Positions 9,252 through 17,294 of a stretch of DNA of 64,000 nucleotides are shown here, piece after piece. The DNA is from an uncultured Candidatus Rokubacteria bacterium. Lineage in GTDB: Bacteria; Methylomirabilota; Methylomirabilia; Rokubacteriales; DASRDR01. The stretch covers positions 1 through 64,000 of the forward strand of contig CAVVOZ010000025.1 in the NCBI GenBank assembly GCA_963749975.1, in the 5' to 3' direction. Position numbers and translations under genes: made by a program. Position 1 is the stretch's first letter. Each line of letters opens with the position of its first letter. The notes under the pieces are model-generated. The model made no database searches, was not told where the DNA came from, and saw nothing but the letters and a program-made list of their open reading frames with translations.

Positions 9252-11191
9252 GTGCGTCCAGAGAAAGCTGACGTGTTCAGCGGGAGTCAGTCCCGCCGGG
9301 GTAAGAGCCAGAGCCCCGTAACGCGGATGGCAGCGTGGAGGGGAACCGAGACGCTGAAGCCCATCGACCAAGCCCTCGGAAGGAGGGTGAGTGAGTCCCC
9401 GGGCCGTAACGAAAGTGAACGCAGAGGTGGCCCAGAAAGACTACAGCCCCGGAGGCCGAGCCCCATGGTTGAGAGGCGAAGGCCGCATGGCCCGTCGCAG
9501 CTGGCCGACGCGGCGGGACACTCCGGCGGGGTGAGAGCGACGGCACGGTGACGAGGACACGTCGAGCGACTGGAGAAGCCCTCCTCGCCCCACCGCGAAA
9601 GCGGCGGAGCCATGTCCAAGCTATAACCAGTGTCCCTGGGAAGTGGGCGGACGGCGAGAGGGTGGCGGACGGGTTCGCAGTAGCGGGGAAGCGGGGTAAT
9701 GCCCGTGGAGCGAAGGGGCCCGACTGGTCGGCACGTCCTCCGACAACATGGGAGGCAGGGGCGCCATGACAGCGGCGCCCATCAGTCTGCAAGACCTGAG
9801 GCGGAGGATCTACGTCAAGGCGAAGGCCGAGAAGCACTGGCGGTTCTGGGGCCTGTACGTCCATGTGGGCAAGCTGGAGACTCTGCGCGCGGCCTATGCG
9901 ATGGCCAAAGAGAACAACGGCGCCCCGGGCATCGATGGGGTGACGTTCGAGGCGATCGAGGACGCGGGCGTCGAAGGGTTTCTGGTGCAGCTCCGGGACG
10001 AACTGGTCACACGCACCTATCGGCCACTGCGGAACCGGCGCGTCGAGATTCCGAAGGGCGAGGGCAAGGTCCGCGTCCTGGGGATTCCGGCAATTCGGGA
10101 CCGGGTGGTCCAAGGGGCGCTCAAACTCATCGTGGAACCGATCTTCGAGGCGGACTTTCACGACGGGTCGTATGGGTATCGACCGAAGCGGACAGCCGCG
10201 CAGGCGGTCGACCGGGTGGCCGAGGCGATCGTGCGGAACAAGACGCGGGTGATCGATCTGGATTTGGCGGCCTTCTTCGACAGCGTGCGGCACGACATGC
10301 TGCTGGCGAAGGTGGCCCGGCGGGTCCAGGACGTCGAAATCCTGCACGTGTTGAAGCTGATCCTGAAAGCCTCCGGCAAGCGAGGAGTGCCTCAGGGCGG
10401 GGTGATTTCGCCCCTTCTCAGCAACGTGTACCTCACCGAGGTGGACGCGATGCTGGAGCGGGCGAAGGCCGTGGCACGGACCGGCGCACATGGGTACGTG
10501 GAGTACGCGCGCTGGGCCGACGACCTGGTGGTCCTCGTGAACAACGATCACCGGCAAGACTGGCTGGTGGAGGCGATACCCCGGCGACTCCGAGAAGAGT
10601 TCGCCAAGCTCGACCTGCAAGTGAACGAGGGGAAGAGTCGGATCGTGGACCTGAGTCGGGGGGAGAGCTTCGGATTCTTGGGCTTTGACTTCCGGCGCGT
10701 CCGCTCGCTGCGGGGGCGCTGGCGGCCGCAGTACATGCCGCAGCTGGCGAAGCGAACGGCGGTGCTGCGGAAGCTCAAGGCGGTGTTCCGGCGCTACGTC
10801 TCATGCTCGGTGGCGCGGGTGATCGCGGAGATCAATCCGATCCTCCGAGGGTGGGCCAACTACTTCCGGATCGGGCACGCGAGTCGGTGCTTTGGCTTCG
10901 TGCGCTGGTGGGTCGAGAAGCGGGTGCGGCGCCACATGATGCGGGCGAGGAATCGACGGGGCTTCGGCTGGACGAGGTGGAGTACGGCCTGGCTCTACGC
11001 CACGCTCGGGCTCTATGCGAACTACCGAGTGCGGTATGTGCCCCGGCCGGACAGTGCTCCCAGCCGATAGGTCGCATAACCCATGACGCGAAGCGATCAG
11101 GAAAGCCCGGTGCCGGAAATCGGCACGCCGGGTTTGATGCGGCGGGGGCTGGAAACGGGCCGACAGGTACCGCGCCAGTCCTCGACCCTAC
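9252..11191 (+). mobile_element. bacterial group II intron (about 1.94 kb) with the intron-encoded protein in domain IV
   Basis: The 5' end is GTGCG at 9252. The RT ORF lies at 9766-11070. A domain V-like hairpin, aAGCccggtgccggaaatcggcacgccggGttt, is at about 11103-11140. A D6-like hairpin has a bulged A at -7. The 3' end is …ccctAC. Exon 1 and exon 2 (at 12725) join in frame as FELVIN|LKTAK. Confidence 0.8.
9766..11070 (+). CDS. group II intron reverse transcriptase/maturase (no En domain evident)
   Basis: RT motifs are present: GIPAIRDRVVQ, YGYRPKRTAAQA, FFDSVRHDML, PQGGVISPLLSNVYL and YARWADDLVVL (the YADD box). A maturase X region follows (RGWANYFRIGHAS). Confidence 0.9.
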   Translation: MTAAPISLQDLRRRIYVKAKAEKHWRFWGLYVHVGKLETLRAAYAMAKENNGAPGIDGVTFEAIEDAGVEGFLVQLRDELVTRTYRPLRNRRVEIPKGEGKVRVLGIPAIRDRVVQGALKLIVEPIFEADFHDGSYGYRPKRTAAQAVDRVAEAIVRNKTRVIDLDLAAFFDSVRHDMLLAKVARRVQDVEILHVLKLILKASGKRGVPQGGVISPLLSNVYLTEVDAMLERAKAVARTGAHGYVEYARWADDLVVLVNNDHRQDWLVEAIPRRLREEFAKLDLQVNEGKSRIVDLSRGESFGFLGFDFRRVRSLRGRWRPQYMPQLAKRTAVLRKLKAVFRRYVSCSVARVIAEINPILRGWANYFRIGHASRCFGFVRWWVEKRVRRHMMRARNRRGFGWTRWSTAWLYATLGLYANYRVRYVPRPDSAPSR

Positions 11192-12724
11192 TGATATGGA
11201 AGGACCGGCGTCAAGCGGTGGCGTGAGGTCCGGACTTCTGGTCCGGGTGTCCAGTGTGTGGGACACAGTCCCGAGGGGGGCGGCGCCGAGACGATGAGGC
11301 GGCTTCGACGACGAATCACCCTGATATGCGCGGGTTGCCCCGAAGGGCCGAGCCGCATGACCGTGGTTCGTCGGGAGCTGCCTCCGTCTCAGGGAGCGCG
11401 AGTCGCCGGAGAGGGCGTCGCAGAGGTTGAGTCGAGGGCTCTCCAATCGTGCCTGCATCGTCCTGGCGCCGCCCGTCCTCGGGAAGCTCATGCAACTCTC
11501 AGTGGGGGAACGCGGGCCATTGCCTACGCCGCGACTCCCTGGGGGTCGACCCGGGTCATCACCGCCCAGAGAAAGCCGAGCAGTTCCCGGGCGACCGCGA
11601 CGACCGCGATGGGCGCCCGTTTGCCATGCCCGACGAGGTGCCGGTAGCGCCGATGGAGTCGCTGCTGGGCTTTCCAGGCGTGGGCCACGATCTCTCGGGG
11701 CTGGTGCTGGATGCGGAGGGCAATGGCGCGACCGAGGCGGGGACCGTGCCGATAGTGCCAGGCCGCTTCGACGAGGATCCGCCGCACGTGGGCGTTCCCA
11801 GCCTTGGTGATCCGGCCCTGGCGGTGGGTGTCGCCCGAGGAGTGCTCACTCGGCACCAGCCCCACGTAGGCCATGAGCTCGCGGGGCGTGCGGAACCGCC
11901 GGAAGTCCACGAGCTCGGCGAGGAGAATCATCGCGCCGAGCGTGTCGATGCCGCGGAAGCACCGCAGCCAGCCGACCGGCTCGCGGTACGGGGCGCGCTC
12001 GGCGAGGGCCTCGATCTCCCGGTCGAGCTCGGCCAGGCGCACTTGGGCCTGCTCGACGGCGAACAGCGTGGCGTCGAAGGTGCGCTGCAGCTCGGACAGG
12101 TCGAACCGCTGCGCCCGGAGCCACGTCCAGTGGGGCTGTCGCCAATGGGTGCCGGTGCGATAGACCCGACCATGCCGGAAGAGGAACTTGACGAGCCGAT
12201 GGCGCCAGCGCACGACATCCTCGCGGATGTCGTCCCGGCAGCGCAGGAGGTCCCGGACCGCTTCCTCGGCCTCGTTCGGCACATGGATCGGGGTGAGCTC
12301 GCCGGCGCGATAGAGCCGGACCAGCTTGGCTGCGTCGCGGCGATCCGTCTTGATCCGCTGCCCAGGGCGTCGCGGCGTCAGGGCTGGGGCGATCACATCG
12401 CACGGCACGCCGACGGCCGTGAGCTGCCGGTGCAGGTCGTAGCCGGACACGCCGGCCTCGTAGCAGACGCGGACCGGGCCCTCGCGCATGAGGCGCTCGA
12501 CGAGCCGGCGGAGGAGCCGCGGCTCGTTCGGGATCTGCCGCAGCTCCGGCTCGCGTTCCCCTGGCCGCAGGATCCCCGCGGTGATCGTCCGCTTGCTGTC
12601 ATCGAGGGCCACGTAGGTAGTATCCTTCTCCATGACCGGCCTCCTTTCGCCTGTGGCTCTGTTCTTCCCCCAAGGGGAACAACCCACGTATACGCGATAG
12701 GTAGGCCGGTCCTTCCATATGGTC
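11192..12724 (-). mobile_element. IS110-family (IS1111-like) insertion sequence, about 1.53 kb, abutting the intron 3' end
   Basis: A 16-bp perfect inverted repeat, ATATGGAAGGACCGGC, lies at 11194-11209 and as the reverse complement at 12705-12720. A DEDD transposase is encoded inside. The element sits between intron nt 11191 and exon-2 nt 12725. Confidence 0.7.
11524..12633 (-). CDS. IS110-family DEDD transposase
   Basis: The N-terminus reads MEKDTTYVALDDSKRTI (DEDD_Tnp_IS110 motif). The C-terminus has the transposase_20 region (…RFRTPRELMAYVGLVPSEHSSGDTHRQGRITKAGNAHVRRILVEAAW…). Confidence 0.85.
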   Translation of the reverse strand: MEKDTTYVALDDSKRTITAGILRPGEREPELRQIPNEPRLLRRLVERLMREGPVRVCYEAGVSGYDLHRQLTAVGVPCDVIAPALTPRRPGQRIKTDRRDAAKLVRLYRAGELTPIHVPNEAEEAVRDLLRCRDDIREDVVRWRHRLVKFLFRHGRVYRTGTHWRQPHWTWLRAQRFDLSELQRTFDATLFAVEQAQVRLAELDREIEALAERAPYREPVGWLRCFRGIDTLGAMILLAELVDFRRFRTPRELMAYVGLVPSEHSSGDTHRQGRITKAGNAHVRRILVEAAWHYRHGPRLGRAIALRIQHQPREIVAHAWKAQQRLHRRYRHLVGHGKRAPIAVVAVARELLGFLWAVMTRVDPQGVAA

Positions 12725-12786
12725 TCAAGACCGCGAAGACGCTCGGCCTCACCATCCCGCCCGTCGGTGTTGGCGCGGGCGGATGA
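12725..12786 (+). pseudogene. 3' exon of the ABC substrate-binding protein gene (…LKTAKTLGLTIPP-SVLARADEVIQ*), with a 1-nt frameshift
   Basis: It continues exon 1 in frame. The C-terminal motif matches the paralogous fragment at 15468..15884 (…[23 protein letters not shown]). Confidence 0.5.
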
Positions 12787-12827
12787 GGTGATCCAGTGAT
12801 CGGGCCGCTCATCCGCTGTCGTCTGGG

Positions 12828-13292
12828 GTGGACGCTGGTGGCGAGGACGACCGCGTGCGCCTGGTGATGGTCGGAGGCACTCGGAACGTCTGGGTCTGGC
12901 TCGAAGCGGAGACGGCGGAGGAGATGGTAGCCTTGCAGGCGTGTGCCGCCCGGGCAGAGTGGACAAACGGACGCGGGGCGGAGGCCATCGCAAGGCTCCG
13001 TGCCCTGGCGGAGCGATTAGGTTACCCGGTCAGGGACCCGAATCACCAGGTACGCCCGGTTCCGCCGTGTCTGGTCATCGTACGGCGTGGCGAGGGTGCC
13101 CTCTACGAGCGACTGACCACGATCGCGCGGGACAACGTCACGGTGGTCTGGGACCGACGCCAGAGCCAACGCCGGAGTGCGGATCGGCCGGCCGCGGCCG
13201 AGCGTCGACGGCAGGACCGGCGGCAGTCGCCGCCGCCCACGTGGGCCACGCTGGGCTTCCTCCTGGTGCAGTTCGAGGATGCGTCCCCATGA
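12828..13292 (+). CDS. hypothetical protein with an Arg-rich DRRxxxRR…ERR repeat tail
   Basis: …LVIVRRGEGALYERLTTIARDNVTVVWDRRQSQRRSADRPAAAERRRQDRRQSPPPTWATLGFLLVQ. It is a paralogue of 13437..13925. Confidence 0.5.
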   Translation: MDAGGEDDRVRLVMVGGTRNVWVWLEAETAEEMVALQACAARAEWTNGRGAEAIARLRALAERLGYPVRDPNHQVRPVPPCLVIVRRGEGALYERLTTIARDNVTVVWDRRQSQRRSADRPAAAERRRQDRRQSPPPTWATLGFLLVQFEDASP

Positions 13293-13436
13293 CCCCGCCC
13301 ATCTGGCTCGACGCCGCTCGCCGGCCGCGTCCCACGCGAGCCTGCTGGACCTGTGGCCGGGGGCCACGCTCGTCGGCGTCATTCTGGCCATGATCGTCCT
13401 CAAGTTGATGGACGTGGGCCGCTCGCGGGGGCGGAT

Positions 13437-13925
13437 GTGACGCCGGAGCGGCCGCGATGGGTGATCGTTGCCGAAGCGGATCGGCCAGAGACGTATCCGG
13501 TCCTCCGGCGCAACTTCGCCGGATCGGCCTGGGTCGACGTCGTCGTCGACCGACGCCAGGGGGAGCGACGTCAAGGCAGCCGCAGGCAGGCGCCGACGGG
13601 GGAGCGCCGCCTTGCCGGGCGCCGAAGTGTGGACCGGGACCCAGCGCAAGTGCCGCTCTTTCGCTTCGCCCATCAGGGGGACGGCTTTGCGGTCTACGAG
13701 GCCACCGCCCCCGTACCGGACCGATGTCCTCAGTGCGGCGCGATGGTGAGCGTGGAGATGCCGCGCTTCGCCGAGCCGCCGGTCCGGCTCGACCTCACCG
13801 TGGTGCATGAGCCGATACAGCCAGACCGCGCGCGTCACGTCGTCGACTTACAGACGTTCTCAGCGACCGGGCGAGTGCTGCTCGCCTCGCGGCTGTTCGT
13901 GCGGACCCGCACGGAGCCGCCGTGA
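13437..13925 (+). CDS. hypothetical protein, paralogue of 12828..13292 (VVVDRRQGERRQGSRRQ…ERR…RR), with a CPQC element
   Basis: GTG start. …WVIVAEADRPETYPVLRRNFAGSAWVDVVVDRRQGERRQGSRRQAPTGERRLAGRRS…CPQCGAMVSVEMP…. Confidence 0.5.
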   Translation: MTPERPRWVIVAEADRPETYPVLRRNFAGSAWVDVVVDRRQGERRQGSRRQAPTGERRLAGRRSVDRDPAQVPLFRFAHQGDGFAVYEATAPVPDRCPQCGAMVSVEMPRFAEPPVRLDLTVVHEPIQPDRARHVVDLQTFSATGRVLLASRLFVRTRTEPP

Positions 13926-14187
13926 TCCGAGCCGACCAGGTGGCTAACCTGCTGCGGCGGTCCGGGCCGCCCGAGCCGCACTGACGTCCATGGCGATCCG
14001 CCGGGTCCAGCGTCCACCCCACCCGATCGCGCTGGCCACGCCGTCCCTGGCGCTCTACGAGGTCGCACTCAGTGCGGTTCCCTCGCGGGTCTGGCGCACC
14101 GCCTTTCTCCGGCCCGCTGGTTAGCATTGGGTTTCGTCATTCTCGTTGCCGGGATGATTCACACTGCTGGAATGAACGGACGGGAAC

Positions 14188-14373
14188 CATGAAGCCATTC
14201 ACCCGGATTGCGGTGGTCGTGTTGTGGCTGATTGCGCTGCTGCAGCTCCTGCGGTTCATCGCGGGCTGGCAGATCACCTTGAACGGGCGCCCGTGCCGCT
14301 CTGGCTGAGCGGGCTCGTGGCGGTCGTCGCCGCCGGCTTGGCGATCATGGTCTGGCGGGAACGATCGCGGTAA
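14188..14373 (+). CDS. small two-TM membrane protein (needs a 1-nt correction near 14290)
   Basis: MKPFTRIAVVVLWLIALLQLLRFIAGWQITLNG, then in the +1 frame APVPLWLSGLVAVVAAGLAIMVWRERSR*. Confidence 0.3.
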   Translation, partial: HEAIHPDCGGRVVADCAAAAPAVHRGLADHLERAPVPLWLSGLVAVVAAGLAIMVWRERSR

Positions 14374-14465
14374 AGAACCAAGACGCCCCCGCGCGGTGCG
14401 CCAACACCGCCGGGGGCTGTTGCGCTGCGCCGCGGATGCAGGCGCTGGAGCTGTGAGGCTAGGTT

Positions 14466-14588
14466 GGCGGGGAGCCCGCATCTGTTGGCCCCGCGTAGAG
14501 GAATTCGCGCTCCAGATCCTCCGGTGTCAGGACGCGTTCGATGCGGGGCGGCTCGTAGGGTGGGGCGATCGGGGGCGTCTCGGCCATG
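14466..14588 (-). CDS. conserved 40-aa protein, copy 2 (MAETPPIAPPYEPPRIERVLTPEDLEREFLYAGPTDAGSPPT)
   Basis: GGAGG lies 9 nt upstream of the ATG. It is homologous to 6667..6789 and shares a conserved upstream region. It is divergent from the integrase fragment. Confidence 0.5.
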
Positions 14589-14669
14589 GGGGCGATCCTC
14601 CTGGAGGTGGGGTGGTTGGGGGCAGGTTATCACGGCGTCGCGGTTCGGGCGACGAGGGGAGGAGAGACG

Positions 14670-14912
14670 TCGGAGCTCCGGTCGCGCCAGTGGCGTCACG
14701 TTGACCTGGCGGCGGGCTGGATGCGCCTCGAGCCGGAGGAGACGAAGAATCGGGAGGGGCGGCAGTTTCCCCTGGTCCCTGAGCTCCGCACCGTCCTGGC
14801 GGCCCAGCGGGCTCGCGTGGAGGCGGTCCAGCGGGAGACCGGCCGCGTGGTGCCGTGGGTGTTCTGCCGCGACGACGGCGCCCCGGTCGGCGACTTCAGG
14901 ATGAGAACATGA
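14670..14912 (+). pseudogene. tyrosine recombinase (phage-type integrase) internal fragment
   Basis: [49 protein letters not shown]…[16 protein letters not shown] resembles the start of an integrase catalytic domain. The N-terminal domain and the C-terminal HxxR…Y region are absent. Confidence 0.7.
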
Positions 14913-15328
14913 AAAAGCCGGGCGCGAGCCAAGGCCAGTCGGCATCGGAGCTCATCTCGAAAAGAATCGCCGAACTCGGGGACTGGCGCGGGGAAACCCT
15001 CAGCAGAATGCGCAAGCTCATCAAGGAAGCAGACCCGGACGTCGTCGAGGAGTGGAAGTGGATGGGCACTCCGATTTGGTCGCACGACGGCATCATCTGC
15101 ACTGGCGAATCCTACAAGAATGTCGTGAAGCTTACCTTCGCCAAGGGCGCGTCTCTGAAGGATCCGGCCCGTCTCTTCAACTCGAGTCTCGACGGAAACG
15201 CACGCCGCGCGATCGACATCCACGAAGGAGAAGAAGTTGACGAGTCCGCCTTCAAGGCGCTCGTTCGCCAAGCGGTCGCCCTCAACAGTTCTGGCAAGTC
15301 GAAACCTTCGAAGAAAGCGAAGTCCTAG
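14909..15328 (+). CDS. DUF1801 (YdhG-like) domain protein; the gene is markedly lower in GC
   Basis: [86 protein letters not shown]…. It ends at the partial tRNA copy. Confidence 0.7.
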   Translation: MKKPGASQGQSASELISKRIAELGDWRGETLSRMRKLIKEADPDVVEEWKWMGTPIWSHDGIICTGESYKNVVKLTFAKGASLKDPARLFNSSLDGNARRAIDIHEGEEVDESAFKALVRQAVALNSSGKSKPSKKAKS

Positions 15329-15332
15329 AAGC

Positions 15333-15378
15333 AATCGCACTCCAGAGGCCGAGGGTTCGAATCCCCGACCCTCTACCA
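15333..15378 (+). repeat. partial direct copy of the tRNA-Ala 3' portion (anticodon loop to CCA), an attR-like island boundary
   Basis: aatcgcactccagaggccgagggttcgaatccccgaccctctacca against tRNA 7368..7413 has 3 mismatches, all in the T-stem/acceptor region. A hairpin follows it (GGCCCTCAAGGGG…CCCTTGGGGCC). Confidence 0.65.
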
Positions 15379-15467
15379 TCGAAAACACCAAGGCCCTCAA
15401 GGGGTTAGTCGCGCCCTTGGGGCCTTCGTGTGTGAGGCTGTTCGCCAGTACCACTTCCGGGGCGGCG

Positions 15468-15884
15468 TCACTGGATGATCTCGTCTGCGCGCTGCAGCAG
15501 CGACTGCGGGATTGCGAGCCGGAGCGCCTTCGCGGTCTTGATGACGAACTCGAACCTCGTCGGCTGCTCGATGGGGAGATCGCCAGGCTTCGCGCCATTG
15601 AGAATCCGGTCCACGTAGCTCCCGACGCGCCGGTAGAGATCCGCCTGATGTGCCCAGTAGGACATGAGGCCGCCGGCGTCCGTGAACGACCGCGTACCGT
15701 ACATGGCGGGCAGGCGATACTTGGCCGCGAGGTCTGCCAGCTGGGTTCGATGAAAGAAGCACAGCGGGTCTGCCACGCGGCACCCCTGACGTCGACACGG
15801 CCCGCGGTACGCCGACCTTGGCGTGCACCGGCTGGCCATCCAGCCGCACACGATGGAGGGATCCGCCATGGATGAGCTGATCAC
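15468..15884 (-). pseudogene. ABC transporter substrate-binding protein C-terminal fragment (paralogue of the 8755/12725 remnant)
   Basis: …[90 protein letters not shown]. The N-terminal part is missing. Confidence 0.6.
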
Positions 15885-16241
15885 GCGGGTTGGCGGGACG
15901 CTCGTCGGGCGGGTCTGATCGGCCGGCTCCCGGCGGGGCGGGGCAGGGCGCCGACGCGCGTCACTCGCCCAGACGCGAGCGCATCTGACAGGCCAGAACG
16001 TCCGCGTGGGGGCGCACTCGAGCGCGCGGGGGCGCCCTGTCCGGGAAAATCAGATGCCACTGTGGCATGGTATTTCCGGCACGGCGCGCCCGCCTCCGCC
16101 AGGAGCGGCTGCCGGATCGTCTCCCGGAAGTGCCCAAGTCGGATGATCCGGCTGGTGACCGTGGGGGGGGGGCGAGTTGCCGCTGCTCGGGGGCCGATGC
16201 CCGGACATGGCCCTCGAGCTCCACGGCCCCAGTCTTTGTGT

Positions 16242-16655
16242 CTAGGCCGCGTTCGACTCGAGAATCTTGACCTCGACCATGTCGTGTCCCAACTCCTGGG
16301 CCACGAGGTACGCGGCGTACTCGTCGTACATCACGAGCGCGCCGCTCGCGTCGCGGTAGACGTGCCACACCATTGCTCCCGCCAAGACGCGCTGGACGAT
16401 GGCCGCGTGGAGCGAGGGCTCCTCACGGAGCGATGCGCGGACGCGATGGAGGGTCTGAGGGTGATGCACCCGGAGCGACGCCAGCGCGACCGTGGTCCGA
16501 ATGACGGCCACGGTTCCTTGAATCAGGCCGACCTCGAGCGCCACCAGACGCTCATCGCCAGGTGAGTTGAGATGGGCTGGCGCCCCAGGGTTCTTGGCGG
16601 CACTTCTTCTCGGCGCCCGATGCTGAAAGTTCTGAGGTTGACGCCTCCGACGCAT
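16242..16655 (-). CDS. hypothetical protein
   Basis: 137-aa ORF (…IVQRVLAGAMVWHVYRDASGALVMYDEYAAYLVAQELGHDMVEVKILE) directly downstream of the HTH gene. No family recognised. Confidence 0.35.
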   Translation of the reverse strand: MRRRRQPQNFQHRAPRRSAAKNPGAPAHLNSPGDERLVALEVGLIQGTVAVIRTTVALASLRVHHPQTLHRVRASLREEPSLHAAIVQRVLAGAMVWHVYRDASGALVMYDEYAAYLVAQELGHDMVEVKILESNAA

Positions 16656-16677
16656 AAGATCCTTCTTTCCATGAGGG

Positions 16678-17242
16678 TCATTCCAGCAGCGCGGTCACTG
16701 GCACACCGAGGGCTTTGGCCAGCGCGCTGATCGTGGTCAGGGACGAATCCTGCTCTCCCGCTTCCAGCTTGTTCACGTATTCGCGGGTCAGGCCTGGACC
16801 TCCTTGGTCAGGGCCGAGATGAGGCCCGAAACCGGGCCCGTCTCGGCTAGGGCTTGGGAGCGCGCTCCTGGAGTACGACCAAGGCGGTCGACAGCTCGAC
16901 GGCCGTCCATTCGAGGTCCTCGATCGGGACCGACAGGGTCGGCCGTACCGCGACGGGCCCGGTGCGGGCGAGCCGCTCCAGCATCTCCTGGGCATCGCGG
17001 ACCGCGTTGAGGACCCGGCGCAGGCGATCCACGGCGGCGGCGTGTCGCGAGAGGGGCGGTGGCGTGGACGCGAGTCGAACGAAGCGGGTGGTCAGCGGCA
17101 TTTGGCAGCCTCCACACGCGCCCCGAGGGTCGGAGCGCCATGCGAACGGAGGGGAGTACCCGAGCCAAATACCATGGGGGCCGTGACGTCCGGAACGTCT
17201 ACCCCGCGACCCCGTGGAAGGCACCTCCCAGTGTACGCTCAA
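16678..17242 (-). CDS. protein with a C-terminal XRE-family helix-turn-helix (needs frame corrections near 16850)
   Basis: The C-terminus reads …ISALTKEVQ-GLTREYVNKLEAGEQDSSLTTISALAKALGVPVTALLE (HTH_XRE). Upstream ORF 16847..17242 (…RRVLNAVRDAQEMLERLARTG…) is probably the same gene. Confidence 0.4.
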
Positions 17243-17294
17243 ACGGAGATGTCGGCACCCCAGGCCGTGACACCTCGAGCTCCGCGGTCACTCA

